The notes below the pieces were generated by a model. The model had not been told where the DNA came from. It saw only the letters and a program-made list of their open reading frames with translations, and ran no database searches. DNA of 64,000 nucleotides from Podarcis bocagei (taxonomy: Eukaryota): assembly GCA_964188305.1 (NCBI GenBank), contig OZ076886.1; one strand, 5' to 3'. The position numbers were made by a program, and so were the translations under genes. This document shows, piece after piece, positions 39,043-52,080 of the stretch (positions are counted from its first letter, which is position 1; every line of letters begins with the position of its first letter).

Positions 39043-41989
39043 CTCCTGCACCTCTCTCTTCATATGCAAAGCTATAAGTCCGTGAAAAAGGTTGAAAGCC
39101 TAGCACACAAAGCCCACCCAGCTAAGACACTAGTATTCAGCTGGGAGGAGTATTCAATCGTGAGAAGCCCACCAGCCATCTGAAGTGGCACAGCCCAGAC
39201 ACAGGTTTACCACAACAGCAACAAACTGACTGTAACTGTCTCAACTTATATAACACTCTCCAAATGCTTGATGAATCCACCCCAATGCCTTAACAAAATC
39301 CTGCATTCACATTGTGATATACCAAATGTCATGATGGCCCCGCTACACATACCATAAAAAATATCATTTTAACAGTATTTTTCTTGCATTCAAGACACCA
39401 AGGAGGTTGTTTGTGCACCCATTTAAGTCAAATTAATTTTGGCAGGAGCAATGAGTTTCCAAATATCGCCCAAAATAGGTAAGCTCAGACAATCAAGCAC
39501 CATGATTTGGAAACAAATTCTGCTTCTGAACAGGATTACAAGAGAAATAAGCTCCCCGGCAGAATCTACTTACATAATGTATTTTGCATTATTTCCACAT
39601 AGAGTCTAACTGCTGCTCTTGCTTGCACTCAACATTCCTGTGAATCAGTATCTGAAGGAAGCTTATTAAATTCATTTAAATGTTGCTTTTTCTGTGCCCT
39701 TACCATTCACTCTTAAAATCCTAGGTTCTAGGATTATAGTGCTGATCACATTTTGTCCAGTGCCCCAAATGTAGCTGAAAAGCAGAATCAAATGCTATTA
39801 TAGTTTGTATTTAAAAAGGAAATGGCATCTTTTTTCAAAGCTGGCTTTGAACCTCTGAAGGTGCAAAGCACTTGAATACCCCACCATACTTATGTGACTC
39901 AAAAGGAAGCAGCTGGATTATGAAAAGAACAAAACTAGAGCACTACAACAAGACTGGGCAGGTAAACTAAATACATTGTAGAGCATGAGGAACTTAGGAG
40001 ACCAAATGCTTTCTCTTACTCTCAGCTTAAAGGAATTGTGCATGAGGAGTAAGCACAATGTGTACGAATGACTGTAATTATAATTGTGTAAAGAATTCAT
40101 TCTAGTTCAGAAGACCGGAGAAAGTGAGCCTAAGCTTGGATATGAAAATGGTAACATATTTTTAGCTTTCACAATTCAAAAATATATATTGAAATATGTG
40201 GTCTTGCAACAAGCTGATGCCTCAACACAAACTTTGTAGTTTCAGGTAACTATTAATATTTTATTAGCCTGTAATTGCTCCATGTTAGTAGTAGACATTT
40301 TGTTCAACACCAAGGATGACATCTAGATCTGGAAACATTGGCCTAATCAGTATTACTAGTTTCTACTTTGCTCTAAGGCTACGCAATTTTAAATGTGGCT
40401 AGTGCATGATTTTGGTTGATAGTGGTGTTCTAAACGCAGCCATGCTTAGAACTCTTCAGTGAAAATCTGATTACAACAGACATTCTCTATTTCTTTCAAG
40501 GCATTCAGCAGCTAGACTTCCCTCATATGATCTGTGCACAGTCAACGGCTGCACCATTTCATTTTCCCAGAGCGATTGGTATGCTGGGAAATGACAGAGC
40601 CCGTCACCAGCTGAGACAGTGGAGAAGAGCTTCTGACATCACCCTCCCCTAGCTTAAAATCTCAGCTCAACAATGCAGAGGGTTGCTTAGCAACCATAAG
40701 ATTTGAAATAAATTTTGGTTGAAAGGGTAGCTTAGCTATTTATATGCTGATCTGAACTTGCACAGCTTCAGGTCTCATTTGGGTGAATTTTAGAAAGCTT
40801 TCTAGTAACAATGTATCAGTGAAGCCCAGCATTAAAAGGTTGCCTGTCGCCTTACTGGGTTATGCTAAATCCATCACAAAATTCTAAGCGGCTGGAATGT
40901 TTTAATTAACTCGTTTCCTTGTTCTTAAGACGTCAAGTAATCATTGAAGCCTGAGCCTTTGTGGGGTGAGCAAAACTTTCTAACTCGGACTGCATGGCTC
41001 AGTGGCTGGAACATTGGTTAAGGGTCTCAGATACTGAAGCTTTGCAATTTTGTGCAAACCACCCCCACCCCTTAGATACCATTTTCCACATGCTGAGTAG
41101 GTCACACAGCAGAGCTGACTTTGGCAGCCAACCTGGAGTTCAATGAAATGGCAGTTTGAAGAAACTGCACTCACAATGAACCTGAAATTGTTCCAAGGGC
41201 ATAGATCTATGCATACGGATACCACCACCTCATTCTACACACCATGTCCATTCCCCAAATAAATATTTAAGACCAAAAACATCTTCTGGTCTCCCAGGTT
41301 CAATTAGCAGGACCTAACTCAGAGAATACTGCCACGATTCCAGACACAGCTGCTACAGTGTGGTCTACACCAGTTAAATCTCGATTAGCTCACTGCAGTA
41401 ATGGAATTTCAGGAGAATCCTGCGCAACAAGGTACAGACCACCAGCATGGCAGCTGTGATCTTTTGTTCTCCAGTTATGCAATTGTTCTGCAATTATGTT
41501 TATTTCTTCCACTGCTACAGGCTACTCACAAAACTGGAATAGCAAGCTTCTCCTTCGCTCAGCAACAAAACCCTGAACTGTCTGTCAATAGCAAAGACTG
41601 TGATAAAGTGAAAATGGCAGGGGAGTCTGCGGTGTCCTCTTACTGAAAATGATGGCACATTAGGCAGGCTTATAAGGGGAATGGAGGGGTGGTGTGCTAC
41701 GTTAACAGGTTCCCTTATGCTGATGCTATGCCTTTCACAAATGCTACAAGACAGGAAAGTCAGGCATTTCCCCTATAAGGCAAACAGATGTCTGCAAGGA
41801 AGTCACAAGGCAATGGGGCTCCATATAAATATAGCCAAAACCCACATATAAGGATATAACACCAGCTGCATTCACTTGCTTGGCAGCATACACATAAAAC
41901 CACCACCAGTGATAATCAAATAATGAAGACTTCCTCCAGAGGTACTAACAGCAGAATATAAACACTGGAATACAGGTGGACATATGGAT

Positions 41990-42491
41990 CAGTGTTAGAA
42001 ACTCAGATATGTATGCTGGGCGCCAAATCACTCCTTAAACCGAGGTTACAGTCGCCAAAACAGAATGCCTAGTTGCCATTTTGGGGCCTGATGGTCATAT
42101 TTTTCAAATGAGGAACTTACTGTGATTGATAATCAGATAAACATCTGACTAGTTCTGATGACAACCTTGAGCTAGATTAAGAGCTTTGAGAATTTAAACA
42201 AGAAAAGTCACTTGATTCAGGGATAGTCCACTTTTTCTTAATGGTGACTGCTCTTCCTCAGGCTGCACAAAAAAAGCAATTTGGTTCCCAAAATTCATTC
42301 TGACTGTGCAGAAAAAAAATATAACTGGTAGAATTCTACAGTATGGGGAATTAGTGTGTGAAAACAGTCCAGATCCAATGATCCCCAGATGGTGGAGATG
42401 TCAAATGCCATCCTGGCACCCAGGCATCTTCACTTGATCGAAACTGGTTGAAAGCCTGGTGCAAAATATGCCTGGCTAATTTCGAACACTT
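41990..42491. mobile_element. Old hAT-like element
   Basis: Termini cagtgttagaaa / tttcgaacactt; flanks atatggat / ctatggtg only partly match. Confidence 0.45.
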
Positions 42492-43796
42492 CTATGGTGT
42501 TTTCGCCTTATGTAGGGTGGTAGTCAGCTAAATTTTACTCAGAGTAGACCTAATGAAATTAATGGGCCTAACTTAGTCATAGTCACTGATTTCAATGGAT
42601 TTGCTCAGAGTAAAGCTTAGCAGAATATCGTCCCTTAATTTGTGATTCAGTATAGAAGTCATACCATTAACCACAGCAGTAGCCAATGCAGTACAGGAGT
42701 CAAAATGTGACATATACACTCCAACTATCATTGGAAAACAGTTGTGAACACTAGGCTTTGTAGGGGTAGGCTACCTAAACTCAGAAAGTAAAATGCAAAA
42801 ATGCAGTGCCAGGAGTCAGTCTCCTTACAAAAATGTAAATTATGGTTGAGATTCAACTAACAAGCCCTGCCAGCCAAAGCTTGCATAAGGACTTCCACTA
42901 GTGCAACAAGGCTTCTTTCCACTACATAGCGGGTGGGAGAATCCCTGGAACAGTGTGCAGGGGGAAGAGAGGATAGATTGTTCCATCAGACAAGCAGAAA
43001 TGCTTGTGCTGATACAGAGATCTGCTGAGCGTTGCACTACATTTAATTCCACTCTCAAAGTCTCAACATCAAAGAACAGTGGAGAGTCTCTTTTGGAAAA
43101 TGCTTTCCTACTATGCCCCTACATCCTTTATAAACCCTCCTTTGACATTGCCTCTTCTTCCTTACCCAGCTTTGGGAGTCCAACCAAACCAGCCCAGGAA
43201 ATACTGACAAACAAGTTTACAATCAGCCACTCATATTAAAGACAAATTGTGACAACAGCAGTATCTGCAGTTTACAGACCATGAACTACCACCACAAAAG
43301 CACACAGGAAGAACTGCAAAGCTGACAACTAAATTCTGACAAGTTGCAGAACAGAAAGTGTAGACACAAAAACAAAGGGTATTTTTCAGTACACATATTT
43401 AGAAAACACCCTCAAGAGGGAGGAAGACCTACTGGCAGAACAACTTAGGTTCTTGGAACTAAACCCAAGGCTGATGTCACTCACATTTTCCAGCAAGTGG
43501 AGAAACACAATAAGTTTTGGAAAAGTAAGCAATTCTGTCAGGAAACTCACTGCTTGCTCTCCTATTGTGGCCTGAGCATATCTAAATTCCATGACATTTG
43601 TTCCCACAGTGTTGTGGGAGACAAGAGGCTACAAATACAATAAATGTGCCCTTTTTGATCACACAGGGTGTATGTATCACAGTATTATCGAAGCAAAGCA
43701 TAACATCAATGCCTGCTGCTGTATTAAACCACAACACATGTTCAGAAAGGCCACTACATTAGGGTACCTTGAGAGCAATGATAGGTGGGACAAGTA

Positions 43797-44037
43797 CAGT
43801 GGTACCTCGAGTTACAGACATTCAGGTTACATACGCTTCAGGTTACAGACTCCGCTAACCCAGAAATAGTGCTTCAGGTTAAGAACTTTGCTTCAGGATG
43901 AGAACAGAAATCGTACTTCAGCCGCGTGGCGGCAGCAGGAGGCCCCATTAGCTAAAGTGGTGCTTCAGGTTAAGAACAGTTTCAGGTTAAGAATGGACCT
44001 CCAGAACGAATTAAGTTCTTAACCCGAGGTACCACTG
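43797..44037 (-). mobile_element. Tc1/mariner-superfamily MITE, same family, opposite orientation
   Basis: TIR cagtggtacctcg / cgaggtaccactg, TA TSD. Confidence 0.9.
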
Positions 44038-47000
44038 TAATTCTAGTTCTGTCCCGCATCCTTCTGCTGCTTTCCAGAAGGTCAAAATTGAGACTGAGGA
44101 GGAAGCTGACAGCCACGGCCACCTCTTGAGCCTATTGTAAATTAGATGGCAGGCAGGAGGGATGACTGAGGGCGGAATGTGATTGGTGGGGCAGTGCCCC
44201 ATTCACCCTAATGGAACAGTCTCCACTGGCACACAGATTCTCAGGAATCCATCTGTGCTTTTGAAACTCCTGGTTTCCTATTCAGGTGCCAGAAACAGCC
44301 TCAGTTTCATTTTGTGCTACATTTCTTGGTTGTTTTTTTTATAGACTGAAATAGGGGTAGTGAATCTTCAAATCCTAAGCATCAAGACAGGTTGATGCTA
44401 ACCCCCAGCCATACTTTTCAGCAAATACTTTCCAGAGGGACAGACTTCGGCAAAAAGGCTAGAAGCCAATAAAACCCAATCCACAACACAATAACCAGCC
44501 TCTCCCTTAATTCATAGGAGTATAGTACAAAAACAGAGTTAATTTCTTTGGCTGTTAATAGAGGAACAGAAACTCCTGCGTTTTACTTAAGCTTTCTTAA
44601 GAGTTCTTTTTATGTAATCACTTACTGTAAAATAATGCTTTAAATCTGCCATTTAAATAAGTCAAATGAGGAAGAATGCCGTGAAATAAGAATAAGGAGC
44701 AGTGTAACAGATACAAAATCCAAACATACTCTAATTCTTCAAGTCACAGGATTCCAAGGCTAATTTCTAGAGGCAGGGCTTTTAAAAAGTTGGCTGATTT
44801 CTATACAGCTCCCATTTTACTTTGTTGTGCCAGGAGCCATACATACATAAAACTTAGCATGCTTAATAGTCTGAAGAACAAAACAAACCTACACACAATA
44901 TTTGTAATTTGAGAAGTCGCTTTTCTCATTTTAACAGCCAACTGTAATCTTCAGGTAACTAGCCATGTGGTTCTCTGCATGTCAGTCTAACATTACACTT
45001 AAGCTGCAATTCCACACCCACTTACATAGGAGTAAGCCACAATGAACTCAGTGGGACTTACTTCGAGCAGCCTGTATAGGATTCTGCTGCAAATAAAGGC
45101 TGCACTCAGGAAAACACATATGCAGCTTTAAAAGAGACAATCTTATAAAAGCCAAAACTACTATTAGCCAGCATTACAGAGACAACAGACTTCAACAGAA
45201 CTGAACTCCAAGCCAATATTTATGGTGTCTGCCAGTCAAAGACATTTGCTGATTTTTTAGCAACTCTTGACAAGAAAAGCTTGCATCCATCTTCAGCATC
45301 AATAAAACTGATTAAAATCTATGTAGACCAATCCTGCTCTACTGGTTTCTGGCTAGGCCACACTTCTCCCCTACTAGAGATAAGAATCAATATAGTTAGC
45401 ATTGTGAACCATGAAGTAAAGAAACTTTTTAAAGGTTTCCTAATTACATGCAACACTTTCCCTTTCTGAAATCTAATTCCACTGAAAAGGCTTTTGCTTG
45501 AAGGAAGAGAACAGTGCAAAGGAATAACCACCACCTTCTCTTTCAGTTTCCTTCTCAAAAAACATTCCTACTCCACCCTCATTGTTATCAAGCCCTGACC
45601 AACTTTGGCTGCAACTCCTCATCAGGACAAAGATGATGTTGTTTAGTGTGTTCACTTAATCTAGAACTGTGTTGCTATACACATATTTGCAGGACTGAGC
45701 TCAGGGAGTCTAGTTTTTAAAGTAAATCACTTAGTTGCATTACAGGGGCATTTTATAAAGCACCCCTTCAGCCAGATTCTCAAGTTTTAAGTGTATCTTT
45801 TTGAAATGTATCTGCTGCTCAGAGCTCAGTAGGTTCTATATTCCAAGCTTGAACAAATCCATTAAACTGTTTGCACTGCTCATGCATGAAACCCATTTAA
45901 GCCAGCATTAAAAAGCTTGCCCTTGCTAGGTTTTGAAGATATTTGTAAACTTGGTTTCGTCTTCCTTTTCAACATTTTCACTGCATATATGGGGGCTTCT
46001 AGGTATGATGCACAAATTATGTTTTACACAGCTAGAGCAGAACTCTACATACTTATTATTGCATACTTATTGCAAAGATGTTTGCAATATATGGCTAGTG
46101 GGCCATGAACAAACAAAGGCTTCAAAGTGAAGCCCAAAGCTTATACTTGAAACTGCTGATAACTCTCATGTCTCCATCCTTCATAGACAAACCTCTGCCT
46201 TAAAACAGTAAGCAGAAGTACCAAAAATACACATTATTTTGCATTGGTGCCTAGTGATTTCTAACATCACTTTATTTTTTGAAGGTGGTGAGTAAAGACT
46301 TCTTTACTCACCAATAACAAGTCTCGCCCTAGCAAGTGTTCACATTGTTTGCTGCCAGTCCATTCCCATGAGGAATTTGGGAGGCGGAAGAAGGAAGGTT
46401 GGCCATTGTGTTAAGGAGATACCATTACCAGGCTAAGATTTCGCAAGGACTTCTGAACAAGGAAGAGGGTACTTAGTAGCATTTCCTAGATCTAGGATAC
46501 TGTTTCCTGAACCAAACCTTGTTTAAGCCCTTGTATAAAATGAGAAATAATAGCTCCTTCAGCATGTCCACAACCATGTACTTTTATCTGCAAACTTGCT
46601 AAAAGCATCAGCAGAACTTGACTGAACACATCTCTCTCATGTGCTCATCAGCACAATTTCTGAGCTTAAGATGCATGCTCAGGGTTGAGACATATTGCCA
46701 ACAAAACTGAAGTTCTATTAGCATGGTTGGGTTTTGTTCTGCTTTTATAAATCTTGCTGGCTTCTCCTATGCAAGCAACTTCCTACGAACACATCAAATG
46801 ATGGCTTCAGCTCTCTTTCTCACTTAACCAAACCCTAACTTCTTTTTCACCCCTATTCCCATGAGTTATGCTCAGTTAGGATGTTTAGAAAATAAAATAT
46901 AATGGTGGTAAGATCTTTTCCCCTCAGATCTCAACATTGCTTCAGACAAGGTGTGCATAGACAAGTCACAGGAATGTCATTACAACTGAAGAGACTTTAA

Positions 47001-47954
47001 GGAGGAAAATCAGATTAAATACATGCATTAATATCATCACTTAATACTGTCTTAATGTAGGCGTTCTTCTTCCTGCTCCTATACTTGTGCTGACGTCTCT
47101 CCGAGTCATAGGTATAAACAGTGCCAACTTGAACTGATCCTTTTTACCAGTGTTTCAAATATATCTTGGCCCTATAGTCAAAAGAAGCCGTTTTGCACAG
47201 CATGTCCTGGTGATCTGCTTAAAAGATCACTGCCAACACCTTCAGGCTTGCTGTGCCTCCTACAACAAGTCTGTCGGAGTTCCTGCTAGGCTTCAGAGCA
47301 AGAGGTTTTTTAAAAGTTACAAATACGTATTTCACTCCTCCCCAGAGACGTTGCTTATCTCAAGACTACACTAAGAAAAGATATGTGCAACATTGCAATC
47401 CCTAAACCATATGCTTCAGTGGCTTCAATTCAGACATCACATCAAACCATGGTATACCTAACCAAAGTCTGAGAGCAAACCACAGTCTGATATATTTTTA
47501 AAATACCATGGCTTTAGAGCTGCCTGACTGCTTTTGTTTTTCATCTAATCTCTAGATGCAACAGGCTCTGGAAACAGAGCAACAACCCTAACTGTTGTTT
47601 ATCAATTCACATATCATGCTAAAACTACAGCTAAGTTTCATTAATCATGGTTTGGTGTGGTGATGGAAATGATCCCATGAACTGCCTAATCTAGATAAAC
47701 AGACAGCAAGAAACACAGAACATACTGTTCTAATTTCCCTCAGGTATTTGTTCCAGATCACCTGCTGAAACTTTTCAACCATCATATCCTGGAGCAAATG
47801 TGAAAGGCCTGCATAAATTATTTGTAACTGGAAATTGCCTTACATAGCACCCACTTCAGAGCAAAGATACCCCATGGCACTCAGTTTTTATTAACCAATG
47901 TTACCCACCCAAGCAGTTAAGTAATTCATTAACATATTATAAACTGATACTTAC

Positions 47955-48017
47955 AGCCATAATTAACTCAAAGGGCTTCTTATACACCCTCACGGGAGAT
48001 TGGTATTTCTGCACCAT
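47955..48017 (-). CDS. SEC14L1: SEC14-like protein 1, coding exon 1 (MVQKYQSPVRVYKKPFELIMA); exon spans 47955-48045 including 28 nt of 5'UTR
   Basis: Hand translation matches the SEC14L1 N-terminus; Kozak ACCATGG; acceptor ttttcccag at 48046-47; donor GCT|gtaagt. Not in the ORF track. Confidence 0.96.
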
Positions 48018-50894
48018 GGTTGCACAGAGTTAGTACTATACAGATCTGGGAAAAGAGAACAAAAATTGTGGGAAATAAATGCATTTATTGACACTAATTT
48101 AAACAGTAACCATGGAGACTTTTTGCATGTTCCTTTTCATCACCAAAATTCCACATCCTGATGACATATGCAAGAAGATTTTGAGGACTGAGAACTCAAG
48201 GTCAATAATTTCTACTGGTGGTGCTACTATCAGGATACGTTCATTGTTGACCACATGTTTAAAAAGGCAATAGCCAAGGTCATTACCATCATGGAATCTG
48301 AATAACTATACTAAGTCATAAATTAGTATCATTTACATGGGCTAAAATATGTGTGTTTGGGGGAGGGGTACTTAATCTACTATTTTAAGCAACACATTTC
48401 TGGCTCAATTTTTAATTTCACATTCAGAGGATGGCAGAACATCAGCAGAACACCCTGCACAGTTACTGACACAGACCAGGAACAGGCATTACATCATCAA
48501 CCACAGGAAGTACAAAGCAATATTTGTACTACACATGTGTTTCAGCCATGGCATTTCAAGGTTGTGGTCCTCATGGTTTTACATAAGCTTGAATACACTA
48601 ATAAATGCATTTGAAATAATCAATAGTCAAAAGGCAACTAAGAATGCAATCCTACACCCACATATTTCCAATCACATCTGCAAGACTCCCTGTATTATAC
48701 TTGCACGTGCCAGTTCCTTCACATAATGGCACCTGGACCTTGGGAGGTACCAATTCTATATCTTTACTTAACTCCAAGAAGCTGAAAGTCAGAAAAAGAT
48801 TTGTTCATCTCATCTCAATGGTGTAGGTTATGTTACTTGACAAATGGCAAATACAAAACCTTATAACAGGTTTCTATGCTATGTGCTACTTAAGCATATA
48901 TTCAAGTAAGTTCCTCTGAAAAGGAAATTAGGGGGGGGTACCTTCCAAAAATCCATGTAAACAATATATCCACAGACTCAACTACTTTAACTGGAAAATG
49001 TAGCAGGCAACTTATTTTAAAAATGGGACAAGGTATATTGAATATAATGGGAAAACTCGGAATAAGATTTTATTCTTACTTTATCTATTAATTTTTCCCA
49101 TTAAAGTGGCTCTGAACAACATCTGTTTTTAACAAAGTATGGAAATTATTCAGTAATAAGATTTTTGAATTAATATCTAAGAGTGACACGTTGCCAAGCT
49201 GTAAATAAAAAACTGACTATTTTGAAATCTGAATGCAACATGGGCTAATTATTAAAATTTAGCTCAGTCTTTCCCCAAGACTCAGGGCTGGTCCCAATCA
49301 TTTTAATACACAGGAAATATTTTAAAGTAACAAAAAGAACAAATAATGAAGATTTCATTCTTATAAATACAATAAAGATTGTAAGTAGTAAAATAAATAC
49401 CTTCCAGGCATACATTTTGTATATGTTTAGTTAATTTACTTCTGCACAAGCACACAGAAGCTGATGAAAAATGCAATGCTCTACAGATACTGTAATTAAT
49501 AGCCACTAGGGCACTTAGTAGGAACGCCCTTAAGGAATTAATGGGACTGAATACTACTGCCTGGTGTGTATTGCTTAACAATCAAGACTTCTTATGCACA
49601 CACACACACACACACAAGAATGTACACAAATATTGTGTACACAGCTAACATAAATGGATGTTAGGAGGCCCTTCTATTTATCATTTATTATTTGTCCCAT
49701 CTGGGTTGTTCCAGCCAGTCTGGGTGGCTAGGACCAGTTTCTACAGCTACAGAAAAAAGTCTACAAATGGCTGCTTCTCCAAATTAGCTTCAGAATGCCA
49801 GTGGAAGTTAACAGTCTCTTCCAAGATTCCAACAATAATTCTGTAAGCAGCTAAAGGGAAGAATGTTGGAGGAAGATCAACTCCCTGCAACACAGTGATC
49901 GGCTTGTCAGCAAGCCACCAAACCATTATTCTTGGGAAGTTAGAAAGACAAGAACTACATGAAAAGAAAAGTTTGGTCACAGGATTTTTGACACATCTAA
50001 GCAGAAAAACCCAGTCCAAATAATGATAGAGTACAGGCTTGAAACAGTTTTCTTTCCTCTTTCTAACCACACTTGCAGCCTGCAAAGCAGTCGAAAGCAG
50101 AAACAGAAAAAGTCACCAAGTGTGACTAAGTTTGGGTTCTATTTATTCTGAATTCATCTACCACAGACTCATAGAATTAAGTGACTTTAGTAAATTTAAT
50201 AATCTCCTGTGCACTGTAGCCCCTTTCCAGCAACTGAAGTTGAAAAGGCAGGTTTTAATGAGACAAATAACTTTCCCTAAACTTAAAAAAGAGGGGAACG
50301 AGTTTAAGAACCACAGAAGATAATTGGTGAGGAGGGAGGAAACTTCCCAAAGATTTGGCCACTATCTATCTGACCTATTTGGAGGTAGGGCAGTTTTAGG
50401 AGCCAGTTAGGAAACAACTGCCTAACTTCAGAATAGGCAAGGAGAAGAATAGCATAGGGAACAGAAAGCCACAGTGGGGGAGTATGGTGGGGGCTGGATG
50501 AGAAAGAAAGAAAGAAGTATTCTGGGGCAAAGCAAAGGGCACTCAAGTAAACAAAGCCTGAGTCCGGGGTTAATAAACTGAGAAGAAAATTAAAAGAGAG
50601 GAGGGAACAGCTGAGAGCTGCCAAGGGACAAAGGGAAGAGCCAAGGCTTTTAAGGACAAGCGTGGGGAGAGATCAATGGGAAAGAAGCCAGAGAAAGACA
50701 GCAATGGCACATGCGGGAAAGCTGGAAGAGGGAATGTGAATGTGAATATGGGGAAGAGGTAGAGTCTGGGTACCAGAAAATGGTGGGTGGAAGGGAAGAG
50801 GCAGGCAAATAGAGGAAAGGATTGCGGAGGTAAGAGGTACGATGCACTGAGAATGCTGAGGGTCAGGTAGAAGTGGGGAGCCAGGAAGAGGGAA

Positions 50895-50953
<59 letters not shown>
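50895..50953. repeat. (ATT)n microsatellite, expanded tail of a minus-strand retroposon 3' end
   Basis: About 19 ATT units abutting cccgcccatctg.ctgggtt, a tail motif also seen at about 405-440 and 49695-49730. Confidence 0.9.
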
Positions 50954-51039
50954 CCCGCCCATCTGCCTGGGTTGCACCAGCTACTTTGGGACAGAGAGAT
51001 GGGGGGGGGGAATAATCCTCAAAAGAGACATAAGCCAGA

Positions 51040-52080
51040 GGAAGAGAGGGAAGTCGGGGTGACCGAGGAGAAGGGGGGGGAAGGAGCTGAGGAAGAGGGG
51101 CGACCCCGAGAGGGAAGGCGAGCCAGGTGGGGGGCGACTCGGGGGGGGGGGCTAGGCCGAGGAAAGCAGCTGAGAGTTGGCGAGGGAAGAAGGGCCGAGA
51201 GGAGAAGGCGGAGGAGGAGGAGGAAGAGGATGGGACATGGCCAGAGGTGAAGAAGAAGAGAGAAAAGGAGGCGCAGGGGGAGAGGATATTCGTGGACGTG
51301 GGGGGAGGGCAGCCGGGAGAGAGGAGCACGGAGGGTGGGAGTCAAAGGGAACGGGGGGGGGGGGGAGAAAAGGTGCTTAAAGGGGGAAGGGGAACGGGGG
51401 GCGGCTGGTGGGGGTGAAGGGGGCCTCCTCAGGGAGGGAGGGGGCGGGGTGGGGAGAGCAGCCCGAGGACGGCGCAGCTGTGTGGGGTAGCGGCGAGGGA
51501 AGCAGCCGAGCGGATGAAGAGGACCGGAGGGAGGGAGAAGCCGAGCGGGGACCCACCTTCTTCTTCTATCGCCAAGGCCGGCTGGTCTCTTGTCTCATGT
51601 CGGCTCCCTGCTCGGCTCCCTCCTTCGGGTGTTGCTGCCCCTGCCGGTTCCGGAGGGGGGAAGAGGAGGAGGAGGGAGGGGGGAACAGAGAGCGGAGACG
51701 GCCCGGCTCGTTGTTAGCCAGTGACGGAGCAGAGGAGGGGCCCGGCTGCCTTCCAACCCGTGCGCCTGCGCACTGTGAGGAGGCGAGGGGACGCTCCACC
51801 CTGCCCCTCCGTCTGCGCATGCTCCCAAGAGGCGGCCGCTTGCGCAGGCAGTGTGGAACGCTCAGAGCGAAGGCGCACAGCTGTTTTTGCGCAGCAAGTG
51901 GGGTCGTTTCTACCGTGTTGCTGTGGCAGCTGATTGCTATAGAGAACGCCGCTGAATGGGCGCAGTCGATCGAGCATGGCTTTCGTCCACCAGCAGAACA
52001 CACGGAACCTGGTGCAAAAATCGCACTTTTGTCTGAATACCGTGCATCCTCCGAACCACAACTGGGATTGTTTCGGTTAT
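51040..52080. promoter_or_regulatory. CpG-island promoter of SEC14L1
   Basis: Only extended CpG-dense, GC-rich non-repeat stretch in the window; NRF1-like TGCGCCTGCGCA 51761-51772, TGCGCATGC near 51814, GC box GGGGCGGGG 51441-51449. Confidence 0.85.
51557..51722 (-). other. SEC14L1: Probable non-coding first exon of SEC14L1 (TSS approximate)
   Basis: Inside the CpG island; donor AAG|gtgggt at 51555-56; Inr-like TCACT near 51722; NRF1-like site about 40 bp upstream. Confidence 0.65.
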
